Assembly (NCBI GenBank): GCA_951406725.2
Contig: OX597823.1
Span: 64,790,001-64,854,000, forward strand
DNA: 64,000 nt
Source of the DNA: Octopus vulgaris
Taxonomy: Eukaryota
Direction: 5' to 3'
The translations under genes were made by a program, and so were the position numbers. The notes below the pieces were generated by a model. That model saw nothing but the letters and a program-made list of their open reading frames with translations. It was not told the origin of the DNA and did no database searches. This document shows positions 1 through 11,944 of the stretch, one piece after another. Position 1 is the stretch's first letter. The number at the start of each line of letters is the position of its first letter.

Positions 1-629
1 ATGAAGGAATGAGTTGTCGTCTTCCTTCTGTTCCTGTAACTAACCAATGAAATCCATAACTAGGTCCATTGGTCATTCCTCTTCACCCATATCCACATTG
101 AGCTCTTTTCAGCAACATCAGACTATGGAAGAATGCATACATCATAAGTGCTGCACCATGAGATTGAACCAAGGTCTTGTAATATGAAAGCAAATTTCTG
201 ATGACATGGCCACATTAAATGTCCAGACTAAATGATCTTGCAATATTTAGTCTGGCATTCTTGTTCTGTGTTCAAATTCTGCCAAGGTTGACTTTACCGT
301 TCATCCTTTTGAGATCGATAAAATAAGTACTAGTTGACCACTGGAAATGATGTAATCGACTTAGCCCTGTCCCTGAAATTGCTGACCTTGTGCTAAAATT
401 TGTATGCCATATAGTGAGACTGAACCCGGAACCATGTCGTCGATAAGCAAGCTACTTGCCACACAGCCTGCACCTATTAAATACAAAAATAAAAATTATT
501 ATTGCATGATGAAGGCTGTTAAACCAGGTATCCTTGCCTCACACCCGCTGACTTTTTTGTTCTCTCTCTCTCTCTCACAATATATATAATTAACAAGCTT
601 ATATATGTATATGAATATATATGATATGT

Positions 630-755
630 ATGTGCTAAGAAGTTTGCTTCCCAACCACATAGTTCCGTGTTCAGTACCATTGTGTGACACCTTGGGAAAG
701 TGTCTTCTACTATAGCCTTGGGCTGACCAAAGCCTTGTGAGTGGATTTGGTAGAA
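630..755 (+). mobile_element. SINE family B (tRNA head + CORE-like 'ccttgggcaagtgtcttctac'), partial
   Basis: Matches other copies in the window (17083, 27348, 29038): cttcccaaccacat..gttcagt..accttggg..aagtgtcttctactatagcc..ccaaagccttgtgagtggatttggtaga. Confidence 0.8.
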
Positions 756-880
756 ACCTGAAGGATCACTGCAATAAGTGTGTGAATCTAAGAAAGGAAT
801 ATATTGAATAAAGTCATAATTAACAGATTTTGTATTTTCTTTTACCAAAAGCCAGGAAACTTCTCAGCATTCCCTTGTAT
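756..880 (+). mobile_element. mariner-derived MITE, 3' half
   Basis: Homologous to 36718-36845; translates as a mariner C-terminal remnant (CNKCVNLRKEYIE*) and ends in a TIR-like sequence plus TA. Confidence 0.6.
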
Positions 881-1074
881 ATAATCTTTATGTATATTTT
901 TAAAATATACATAAAAAGTTTTAAAGAAGTTATTATGTCAAATCATTTTCCTGTATTTTAACATTTCCACAGAGTGAGATAAGTCTTTAAAATTATGTCA
1001 GTATGGAAGGCAGATGTTAAACGATGATGATAGTGATGATAAGATAAAAGACAGAGTGAAGAAGCTGCTCCATC

Positions 1075-1900
1075 ATCATCATCATTATCATCATCATCAT
1101 CATCATCATCATCATTATTTAACGTCAGCTTTCCATGCTGGGGTGCGTTGGACTGTTTGACATTGGCGCTGGCTAGCAAGAATCAGTCCAAACTCTAACT
1201 GTCTGTTTCGGCATGGTTTCTATGACTAGATGCCCATTCTAGTGCCGACCACTTAACAGAGTGTGCTAAGTGCTTTGTGTGTGCCACTGGCATGGTTGCC
1301 TTTACACAGCACTGGTGTGAGTGTCTTAATGTAGCACTGGCATAGGTGCTATTTAAGTATTGAAGGCAGTGATTTTATTTAGCTTGATTTGTCTTATCAT
1401 GTACAGCAAATTGCCATGTCTCTCAGTCTTTTGTCATTTCCTCAGTGAGGTCCAAGTTCCGAAGATCCTTTCTCGCCACTTTGTCCCACATCTTCCTGTA
1501 TCTACCCCTTCCACAAGTAACCTCCACACACAAGGCGGTGATCTGGCAGAAACGTTAGCACACCGGACGAAATACTTAGCGGTATTTCGTCTACAGCTAT
1601 GTTCTGAGTTCAAATTCCGCCTAGGTCGACTTTGCCTTTCATCCTTTCAGGGTCGATTAAATAAGTACCAGTTATGCACTGGGGTTGATGTAATCAACTT
1701 AATCCGTTTTATCTGTCCTTGTCTGTCCCTCTGTGTTTATCCCCTTGTGGGCAATAAAGAAATAGGTATCCTCCACACTTGGAGCTTGGCACTTCTTTAT
1801 GCAGTTGTCCTCATCCACATGCATCACATAACCAAACCAACACATCTGATGCCTCTTATACCCTGTTTTCCTCTTAAATCACTTACACTCTGTTGTGCAT
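1075..1900 (-). mobile_element. RTE-clade LINE 3' fragment with (ATG)n tail, interrupted by a SINE
   Basis: Minus-strand translation RGRYRKMWDKVARKDLRNLDL near 1450-1510 (RTE C-terminal GRPRKTW-like motif); 3' UTR ends cagcatggaaagctgacgttaaa(tga)n. Confidence 0.7.
1532..1764 (+). mobile_element. SINE family A (tRNA-derived, octopus OK-like; Meta-like central domain)
   Basis: ggcggtga.ctggcagaaacgttagc..gttctgagttcaaattcc..tttgcctttcatcctttc.gggtcga..taaagaaata; TSD cctccacac at 1521-1529 and 1770-1778. Confidence 0.9.
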
Positions 1901-3154
1901 GCATGCAAAAATCAATAATAAATTCCTATTAAACAGATGGTGAAAGAAACAATTGAAAACTATTCATTTTTTATGTTACATGAACCTGGTTAACATTGCA
2001 TCAGTTTTTGTTTCTTTAAGCTTATTTAAAGCCCTTCATTTTAATTTGTTCATATTTGATTCAGAACCTCCCATCATAAATTTCTTTGAAATCTATTTTG
2101 CTTTTTACTAGTTAAGTCCCCAACAACAGCTTAATAATTTTTTTAAAAAAGCAGTATTTTACTAAATCTTACCAATTTGCTGGTCATCTTAAAAAATTAA
2201 TTAAAAATCATAGGTAGTGTATTGTATTAGATATATGGTCACAAATGTGCTAAGTGTATAGAATACAGAAACATCATTTTTTAAAAAGAATATAAAGAGA
2301 TTGTCATTTAATTTAATTTGTTTATATGTTCTTCTTTTTGTTCCCAATTGAGTAGTGGTGGTCGGTGTTGTATTATAGCTGGGTTATGAATAATTTAATG
2401 TCTTTTATAGAACATTTGCTTATTTATCTATTTGTTCGTTTATGAGTTTAACATTTTGACAGTGTTTCTTTGAAGTACTTTGTAAATCGTATCTGAAATA
2501 TTGAATGCACTTAATAGTTTTCTTACAGTTTCATACATTACAAATTCATAAGGGAGTTGTAGTATTGTTTACTCTAATTATTGAATTTCTTCACACTGGG
2601 AGATTTCTCTTGAAAGAACATCAGTCAATCTTTTTCTTGAATTATTTATTTATTCATTCATTCTATTTTTGTCTTAAATGTTATTCACGATAATTGATAT
2701 TGACTGATGGCGATGAGGAAGGGATATAATATTTTTAAAGACAATTCCATTTGAATACAAAACCGTATTTATGTTATTTACACATGGAGGAATTAAATGG
2801 CAAGAGACCAACTATCTGATGAATTGGAACAGAAAAACATTTGATTGAGGAAACAAAACACCATCATGTCTTTGTTCCTGATTTTGTTTATCTTTTATCT
2901 AAATTTGAGCAAATAAATGATCAAAGACATGCCACCTTAACCATCTTTTTGAGATAATTTCCAGGCCTACATTTGTCAAATTATTCCTTCCATTTTTCTG
3001 ACAGTAGGGTATAATTTCAGAGAAGGCAGTGAACAGTCAAACATGCAAGGTCATTGAGTTGAAAACCTTGTGGAAAGTGTTTCATTGCACTCTGAGTTCA
3101 AATTTGACTTTCATCATTTAAATGTTGATAAAATAAAAAAAACATAAAGCGTCG

Positions 3155-3415
3155 TGGAGGCGCATGGCTTAGTGGTTAGGGTGTCAGCACCATGATCATA
3201 AGATTGTGGTTTTGATTCCTGGACCGGGCAATGCATTGTGTTCTTGAGCAAAACACTTCATTTCACGTTGCTCCAGTCCACTCAGCTGGCAAAAATGAGT
3301 AACGCTGTGATGGACTGGCGTCCTGTCCAGCTGGGGAACACATACGCCATAGAAACTGGGAAACCAGGCCCATGAGCCTGGTTAGACTTTAAAAAGGGCA
3401 CCTTTATTTATTTTA
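3155..3415 (+). mobile_element. SINE family C (tRNA head, CORE/V-like body)
   Basis: A-box tggcttagtggtt, B-box-like ggttttgattcc, gatggactggcgtcctgtccag; near-identical to 10514-10770. Confidence 0.85.
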
Positions 3416-4230
3416 ATAAAGGGTCAGTACTGGGCAGTGCATTGGGGAAAGCTATTAGAGTGCTGAAAGACCTGCCTTGTAGCATCTGATCTGGTTCTTT
3501 GCCTTCTGATTTCAAATTACATACTCACACATTCACACATCCTCACACAATCTTCTTCAAGTTATAGCGGATATGCATGCATAACATCACCATATTTCTC
3601 TACATACAATGCACACCCCAACAACATACATATAATATACAACCTACACACACATGCCATACATACATTGCTTTCCAATCATGACACAGTACACACCATC
3701 ACCATACATAAACGCATAAAAAAAATGTTTGTAAACACATGCACACAACACACACACATTGTACCTACAAGGCAACATTACAGATATCTAGTCAACTTGC
3801 TCATACATTAACTCCCTTTTCTATGGCTCTTTTAGTTGTAAAATACCATATCTAACTTCTTCCACTTCTGTCTACTATTCACTTCAGAGAATGCTACTCA
3901 TCATAAGTTTCAAAGAAGTTATTATGTCTAATCATTTTCCTGTATTTTAACATTTCCACAGAGTGCGATAAATCTTTAAAATTATGTCAGCATGGAAGGC
4001 AGATGTTAAACAATGATGATAGTGATGATAAGATAAAAGACAGAATGAAATAGCTACTCCATAATCATCATCATCATCGTCATTATCCTCTTCCTCCTCC
4101 TCCTCCTCCTCCTCCTCCTCATCATCATCATCCTCCTCATCATCATCATCATCATCATCATGATCATCATCATAACCATCATTTAATGTCAGCTTTCCAT
4201 GCTGGGGTGGGTTGGACTGTTTGACATTGA

Positions 4231-4279
4231 ATTCCCACTGTCCCTATCTACTGTCTAGCAAAACCACAGCCAAGGGAAC
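4231..4279 (+). rRNA. 28S rRNA-derived fragment (49 nt, non-functional insertion)
   Basis: attcccactgtccctatctactgtctagcaaaaccacagccaagggaac matches the conserved LSU rRNA segment ATTCCCACTGTCCCTATCTACTATCTAGCGAAACCACAGCCAAGGGAAC (from memory) with two transitions. Confidence 0.85.
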
Positions 4280-4392
4280 AGTAGAGAAATACGAAGTTAC
4301 TTGCTGGTATTTGCATTTTTCTAATGACACCCCACCCCCCTAAATTACCATTTGTTTATATTTTGAAGTCTTTGTTCTGCTTCTGATTTCAG

Positions 4393-4549
4393 GTTGATCC
4401 AGTATATACTAATTTTGGTGAGGTCATAGTTGGCTGTACTGCTCTTAAAGATATACTTTTGTATAACCCAAAGAACTGTGACATACACTTCAAACTTTTG
4501 CTCAAACAAACAATGGATGGAATTGACTTACCATTTGAAAAATGCACAG
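4393..4549 (+). CDS. CFAP65: Internal coding exon of an ASH/Ig-like-domain ciliary protein, most likely cilia- and flagella-associated protein 65
   Basis: Pyrimidine-rich acceptor ttctgatttcag|G and donor CAG|gtaata; open frame VDPVYTNFGEVIVGCTALKDILLYNPKNCDIHFKLLLKQTMDGIDLPFEKCT with the FGxVxVG...LxN...C..F.L ASH pattern, resembling CFAP65 FGNVLVN..LVLLNDGNCTLYYRLYLEQ (recalled). Exon call is firmer than the gene name. Confidence 0.65.
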
Positions 4550-4689
4550 GTAATAATAGCTTTTCATTTCCTTCCTTTTATTTTTTCTGTCAATATGACC
4601 TCAGCAAATGAAACAATTCAACTGTAACAAGAAGAAAATTTTACAACATGTGTAAGCTAATACTGAAAAATTATGTTTGGAAATATCAC

Positions 4690-5050
4690 GTGGTTCCAGG
4701 TTCAGTCCTACTGTGTGGCACTTCGGGCAAGTGTCTTTTCTACTATATCGTCAGGCTGACCAAAGCCTTGCGTGTGGATTTGGTAGATGGAAACTGAAAG
4801 AAGTCTGTCGTATATGTGCTGTGTGTGTGTGTGAGTGTGTGTGTGTGTGTTTGTGCGTGTGTATGTATCTGTGTGTTTACACCCCTGTAATTTAGCAGTT
4901 TGGCAAAAGAGACCAATAGATTAAGTACCAGGCTTCAAAAAATAAAAGAAAGTAATGGGTTGATTCATTTGATTAAGTTTCCTGAAGGTGGTGCTCCAGC
5001 AGGGCCGCAGTCTGATAACTGAAACAATTAAAAGAATAAAAGTATAAAAG
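4690..5050 (+). mobile_element. SINE family B with internal (GT)n
   Basis: ggttcagtcc..gggcaagtgtc..ggaaactgaaag..ggtgctccagca.ggccgcagtc..actgaaacaa and aaagaata-type tail. Confidence 0.85.
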
Positions 5051-5464
5051 AATATATATATGAAGGTATATTTACATATTTCCCCAAGGCCAAACACATT
5101 ACGTGTAAGTTTGGAAATGAGCAACATTGCTCACATAGCAGTAGTGATGTTCACTCACTATCATCACATGATGTTAAATCAGAGGCACAACATATATACA
5201 CACACACACACGCACACACACACACCACACACACACACACCCATGCACGCACACACACCCACGCAGACACAATCATACTCTCTCACACACAACAGGTTTC
5301 TTTCCCTTTCCCTTGACCAAATCCACACACAAGGCTTTGGTCGGGATTATGGTAGAAGACATTGCTCATGATGCCATATAGAAGAATTAAACCAGACACC
5401 ACATGGCTGGGAAGGAAGCTTATTAACCTCTCGGTCACAGCCTTGTTTGTTCATCATGTGTTTA

Positions 5465-5506
<42 letters not shown>

Positions 5507-6519
5507 AGAGACAAACCGCTATTTAGTTATTCCTTCAATAGTGAAAGGATATTATCTATAATAGCAACATAGAAATTAATTCAATATCTTATAATTATTA
5601 TTCTAAAATTCTCATAACAAATGAAACATTAAATTGACTACGCACGTTTCATGACTATATATATATAATATATTGTGAATTTTGATTTAGTTGTGGTAAA
5701 TTGAAATTTTTTTTCCTGTTAGCTTGGAATTATTACATTCCCTAACTATAAATAATATATATCTATACATATATATATATATATATATACATATATGTAC
5801 ATGTGTGTGTAGTAAATCTTTAAATATCTTAGATGTAGAGATAATTTTGCATAGCATTTCATAACTAGGCTTTTGGTTGGCAATTTTCTTCATTTATTCT
5901 TACAGCCTGCCTTGAACTTTCATTTACCACTCTTGTCTGATATAAAGCATCAGATTAGATTTGAGCATCTTATTCTAAATGTGTTATGCATACAGGAACT
6001 GGCAGTCACAGAGCTTCATTCTCTTCCCACCCACATGCAACTTAGCATGTCTCTTGTTTGGTATTTCTGAAGCCAGCTGTTAAAACTATGAAGAACCATC
6101 TTTCCCAACTGCTTCCTTTCAGTATTCCAGCAGTCACCAACTGAACAGAACTTTTACATATAAAGTGATGTCCAATAATATAAGCCTTCTGGTTTTCCTG
6201 TACTGGAAACATTTCATTTCCAGTCTAAGGTTTATAATGCTCACACGGACACACACACTTACATACACACAAAGGAAATAGGTTCTTGAGTCATAGACCC
6301 TTTAGACTGGTTTCATAGAAACGTCTATAGGTTTGTTTACTAAATACTACGTGCTTGAATAAATTCTAGACAATAACACAACCCCAAATTTAATCAATTA
6401 AAAATTATTCTAAAACACCTTTCCATAAAAACCTAATTACCACCCAACTCAAATTCACATGCCCAAAAATTATTTTAACTCAATAGAGACTATATACAGT
6501 CTCAACAGAGACTATATAT

Positions 6520-6751
6520 AGGCAGCAAGCTGGTGGAAACATTAGCACACTGGGTTAAATGCTAAGCGGTATTTCATCTGCCGTTACGTTCTGAGTTCAA
6601 ATTCTGCCGAGGTCAACTTTGCGTTTCATCCTTTCAGGGTTGATAAATTAAGTACCAGTCACATACTTGAGTCGATATAATCAACTTAATCTGTTTGTCT
6701 GTCCTTGTTTGTCCCCTCTATGTTTAGCCCCTTGTGGGCAATAAAGAAATA
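6520..6751 (+). mobile_element. SINE family A
   Basis: Full-length copy; TSD agagactatatatag at 6507-6521 and 6752-6766. Confidence 0.9.
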
Positions 6752-6849
6752 AGAGACTATATATAGACAAAACTAACTCCACTGCATTGTAGTCTGATGA
6801 TGGCTAAGCTGGTTGAAACTTCAAAGTTGCTGTCAGCAACATTCTGGTC

Positions 6850-7283
6850 ATCAACAAACTGAAGCCAGCAATTCACACCAGATGCCAAAGTCTATTGCTG
6901 AAGAAAATTTCATTGTTGCATGACAATGCACACCCACACACTGCTGTCAGACCATTGAAACCATTAACCAGTTGGGCTTTGAGGTGCTGGAACACCCTGC
7001 CTACAGCCCAGGTCTTGCCCCTTCCTTGGACCATTCAATTATGGTTTATGAGATCGTTGATTTCCTACAGATGAAGATGTGAAGGAAGTGGTGCATAAAT
7101 GGTTGCATGGCCAACTGGAAACTTTTGTCTTGGAGGGAATATGTAAGCTTATGGACCACTAGACCAAGTGCATTGAAAAGGAAGGGGATTATATAGAAAA
7201 ATGATGTACTTATTTATCCACTGCTTTTGTGTAAATATATTGAAAAAACAAGAGTGCATATAATTTTTGACTCCCCTCATGTA
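6850..7283 (+). mobile_element. mariner transposase pseudogene, 3' half with TIR
   Basis: KLKPAIHTRCQSLLLKKISLLHDNAHPHTA and EVLEHPAYSPGLAPS (mariner HDNA and YSPDLAP motifs); ends taatttttgactcccctca. Confidence 0.85.
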
Positions 7284-7545
7284 TGTATGTATATATATAT
7301 ATATATATATAAAATTAGAAAAAACGCCTTTTATCAATTATAAAATACTAAATATTAAGTAAATTGCAAAAAAAAAATAAAAACGTATATAATTGGTGTG
7401 AAATTTGATTTAGTATTTCTAAATTGAAATTTTTCCCTGAAAGTTTGGAATAATATTCCCTCAAATAATTATGTACACACACACACACACACACATACAC
7501 ACACACACACAAAAAACTGTTAATTTCACTCAGACATATGGTATA

Positions 7546-7607
<62 letters not shown>

Positions 7608-7654
7608 TATATATATATGCCGTGCGGAATTCTGCTATGCAGAATTGCCATGCT

Positions 7655-7840
7655 AGCAAAATGCTTATATAATGCATTTCATCTGTTTTTATATTTTGAG
7701 TTCAAATTTTTCTGAGGTTGACTTTGCTTTTCATCCTTCTGGGGTTGATAAGATAAGTACCAGTTGAGGACAGGGGGTCAATACAATTGACTTATCCCCA
7801 GCCCTGAAATTTGCTAACCTTGTACCAAAATTTGAAACCA
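7655..7840 (+). mobile_element. SINE family A, alternative-tail subfamily
   Basis: gagttcaaatt..ctttcatccttctggggttgata..taagtaccag..ccctgaaatttgc..ccttgtaccaaaatttgaaacc. Confidence 0.7.
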
Positions 7841-8201
7841 GATGATATAAATCTGATTCAACTGAGAAAAAGACCGAATGTGTATCACAGACCTGGTTTT
7901 CTGCAAACTCACCATGCACAACTAATGCCAAAACCAGAGCTAAAATCCCACCACCTCCATACCATATAACACCACACTAAAACCAAGCCAAACCAAACCA
8001 AATCAATCACACAACATCCTACAGTACACCGTTATCAGTAGCTACTTTATGATGTTTTCATAGTTGATCATTATTTCAGGTCAATACGAAAATATTTAGT
8101 TAGCCAATTTGATATCAATTTATCTACTCCTTATAACGAGTAAACAATCACATAGGGTTATGCCAGCTGGAAATTGGAGAAATCTTGCATGCTTCAGCTT
8201 T

Positions 8202-8291
<90 letters not shown>

Positions 8292-8317
8292 CACCACCAC
8301 CACCACTACTGCTGCTG

Positions 8318-8376
<59 letters not shown>

Positions 8377-8425
8377 GATCTTTCCCTCACTGTATGTCTT
8401 TCTTTCCCTGATCTTTTCCCCTTTC

Positions 8426-8471
<46 letters not shown>

Positions 8472-8890
8472 TTTCTCTCTTACCTTTAAATGAGTACTTT
8501 CCATTTTGCAACAATACGCACATGCAGAGACGATATACATGCATACACATACACTTACACACACACACGTACATGCATACATATAGGCATACATATACGC
8601 ATGCAAATCTATTGATTCAAGCAGATGTTCCCTGTTTATCGGATTGAGCTCACCACCGATGACCATGATGATGACAGCGACAACCACCACCACCACCACC
8701 ACCACCACAACCACCACCACCACCACAACCACCACCACCACCACCACCACCACCACCACCACCACCACCACCACCACCACCAGCACCACCACCACCAGCA
8801 GCAGCACCAGCACCACTACCACTGCCACCGCTGCCACCACCACCACCACAAGCCCCCAAAAACCACCACCACCACACCACCACCACAACC

Positions 8891-8921
<31 letters not shown>

Positions 8922-8940
8922 CCACCACTACCACTACTAC
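8202..8940. repeat. Compound microsatellite cluster (CTA)n/(CCA)n/(CT)n
   Basis: Directly visible trinucleotide and dinucleotide runs; they explain the poly-T/H/Y/V ORFs. Confidence 0.95.
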
Positions 8941-9284
8941 TGTAAACTTGCGTTCCTTTATCTGATGCTTTACATGCTGTATCGAAACTTTTAGTGTGTC
9001 GTGTTTGTATTCATTATCGATTGATCCAGCAATGGACAATACCTGAGTATGTCATCAAATGTGGCAAGCATTCAATGTTGCAAATGCACAAATATTATTT
9101 CAGATGAGTGAAATTTACACCCCAAAATCTCTCCCACCAGCCGTCACCTCCAGTTGCACTCGTCTCCTGCCCCCCACCCGACCCTTCTCCTATATGGGCA
9201 TTATACAATTTCTGCCATTTCTAACCCATTTTTGTCTTTAAAAGGACAAAAAAACTGTTGCAGATGAAAGAGACTGAGAAAAAA

Positions 9285-9317
<33 letters not shown>

Positions 9318-9907
9318 AAGAGAGATAGAGAGATAGATAGATAGATCGACAGAGAGAGAGAGAGAAACATTAATGAGCATAACTATAGTGAAATAGTTGG
9401 AAATCGCTGTATGTTAATATCACTTGAGAAGAGAGAAAATTCTGAATGTTGGGACGTTTTGTGCAAATCCTTTTCATGAAAGAATGGGAGGTTATAAACT
9501 ACGAGAAAATGTCTTTCTGCCATAGAAAATTAACATACCTCCATTTCGTTTCCCCAGCTCGCTTAATTGATATTTGCCAACCGGCACTGATGTCGACTGC
9601 TATTTGCTATTATTCTTCTGAAAAATCTTAGTGATTATGCTTCATAAATGATAATGATGAGAAATTAAAAAAAAAAAAAGAGAGAAAATGTTTGCATGTG
9701 TGTGTGTGTGTGAGAGAGAGAGAGAAAGAGAGAGTGTGTGTGTATGTGTGTGTATGTGTGCATGTTATATATATATATATATAGAGAGAGGACGTCAAAC
9801 AATGATGATGATGATGATGATATATGTGTGTATATGTATATATACATATATACATACATATATATATATATATATACAAACACACACATATATGTATATA
9901 TACATAC

Positions 9908-9940
<33 letters not shown>

Positions 9941-10035
9941 ACATATATTATACAGATGTATTATGTATATTATATGAATATTCTCTCTCAGTATGTACAA
10001 ATATGTGTGGTTTATACAAATATATGTATACATAC

Positions 10036-10074
<39 letters not shown>

Positions 10075-10445
10075 TATATACACAGAAACACATTGGTTGT
10101 ATATGCATCATCATTACTCTTATTATCCCCTTCCACTTCTCCTTCATCATCATCATCATCATCATTATCAGTGTCATCTGTGTTATTGCTGTCATTTTCA
10201 TTATTGTTGTTGTTATTGTAGTCATCACTGTCGTCGTTGTTGTTGTCATCATCAACATCGTCATCATCAGTAGTAAGATCTAATGTCTGCTTTTTCATTC
10301 TGGAGTAGTTTTGTTTGAGACAGAGTTATATGGTTGCACGCCGTTCCTGTTACCAACCATTTCAGTTACTGCTTATCACATTCAATGATATGGTGTACTT
10401 ATTCCCAAACCAGAACGCATGTGATTATATGTTGTGTGGAGGCTC

Positions 10446-10477
<32 letters not shown>

Positions 10478-10513
10478 TGTGCATGTGTATGTATGTATAT
10501 GTATATATATCTT

Positions 10514-10770
10514 GGGGAGGCGCGTGGCTTAGTGGTTATGATGTCAGCATCATGATCGTAAGATTGTGGTTTCGATTCCTGGACCGGGTAACACGTGTTC
10601 TTGAGCAAAACACTTCATTTCACATTGCTCCAGACCACTCAGCTGGCAGAAATTAGTAATACTGTGATGGACTGGCATCCCGTCCAGCTGGGGAACACAT
10701 ACGCCATTGGAATGGGGAAACCGGGCCCATGAGCCTGACTAGGCTTTAAAAGAGCGCATTTATTTTATTA
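10514..10770 (+). mobile_element. SINE family C
   Basis: ggaggcgcgtggcttagtggtt..ggtttcgattcctggaccggg..gatggactggcatcccgtccag..ggctttaaaagagcgca. Confidence 0.85.
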
Positions 10771-11022
10771 TATATATCTTAATTACAACTGTCCGTGAAA
10801 CTCTGAGTAGCAGTTTTTTGTGATGTTTTTGTGATGTTTTTGAAGCTTTAGTAATAAACCATATTGCTCTCCCTTCAGTATTCGAGTACTAATTAAGGTT
10901 TAGAAAGTAGGCATTAAATGCTGTATCCAAACCATGTTTCAGGGTAAGTCCCAGGTAGTGTGCCTGTGGGGTATATTCACCACTTATGGCTACCAGGGAT
11001 CATCAGTAATACTGAGCACTCA

Positions 11023-11441
11023 AAATGGTGGTGAGCTGGCAGAATCATTAGCATGCCGGGCGAAATGCTTAGCGGTATTTTGTTTGCCATTATGTTCTGA
11101 GTTCAAATTCCACCAAGGACGACTTTGCCTTTCATCCTTTCGGGGTTGATAAATTAAGTACCAGTTACGCACTGGGGTCGATGTAATCGACTTAATCCTT
11201 TTGTCTGTCCTTGTTTGTCCTCTCTGTGTTTAGCCCCTTGTGGGTAGTAAAGAAATAGGTATTTCGTCTGCTGTTACATTCTGAGTTCAAATTCCGCTGA
11301 GGATGACTTTGACTTTCATCATTTTGGGGTCGATAAATTAAGTACCAGTTATTAACTGGGGTCGATGTAATCGACTTAACGCCTTTGTCTGTCCTTGTTT
11401 GTCCCCTCTATGTTTAGCTCCTTGCAGGCTATAAAGAAATA
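11023..11441 (+). mobile_element. SINE family A dimer (full monomer + 5'-shortened monomer)
   Basis: One 18-bp TSD agtaatactg(a/t)gcactca at 11005-11022 and 11442-11459 flanks both monomers. Confidence 0.9.
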
Positions 11442-11590
11442 AGTAATACTGTGCACTCATTGTTGGATCTACATCTAGAATTCCGGGGTACACTATAACA
11501 TGTATCTAAACTGCTAGAATCTCTCAATACCACCATTTAGCTTAAAGTGAAATTGAAATGTAAATCTGGGAACTCATAAGCATTTTGTGT

Positions 11591-11944
11591 CACCTGAGGA
11601 GGCTCTTTTGCACTGGATGTTGCATTTGATGTGATTTGATCATTCTATGCCCCCTAGGGAGCAGTGCAATGTGAAACCTATTTCTTTACTACCCACAAGG
11701 GGTTAAACACAGAGGGGACAATCAAAGACAGACAAACGGATTAAGTCGATTATATCGGCCCCAGTGCGTAACTGGTGCTTAGTTTATCGACCACGAAAGG
11801 ATGAAAGGCAAAGTCGACCTTGGCGGAATTTGAACTTAGAACGTAGCGGCAGACGAAATACTGCTAAGCATTTCGCCCGGCGTGCTAACCATTCTGCCAG
11901 CTCGCCGCCTTAATGTGTAATGTGAAACCGAAATAACTGTTGTG
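11591..11944 (+). ncRNA. Degenerate type I hammerhead ribozyme split by a SINE insertion
   Basis: cac-CTGAGGA-gg..ttgcactg..cagtgcaa..cc [SINE] GAAAT-aact-GTT-gtg after removing the SINE and one TSD copy. Confidence 0.5.
11679..11912 (-). mobile_element. SINE family A
   Basis: Near-consensus reverse copy; 15-bp TSD gtg(c/t)aatgtgaaacc at 11664-11678 and 11915-11929. Confidence 0.9.

Noticed and set aside
1360-1932. 190-aa ORF
   Set aside because: Runs through an antisense LINE fragment and a SINE; chance open frame.
6789-6835. ctgatga..gaaac..gtt hammerhead-like motif upstream of the mariner fragment
   Set aside because: Stem II does not close next to the core and stem I relies on G-U pairs; too weak to call.
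8109-10298. Many long ORFs (poly-V/T/H/Y, YIYI, CVCV)
   Set aside because: Translations of microsatellites with no codon complexity or splice context. The same applies to 23455-24316, 37094-37776 and 55368-55687.
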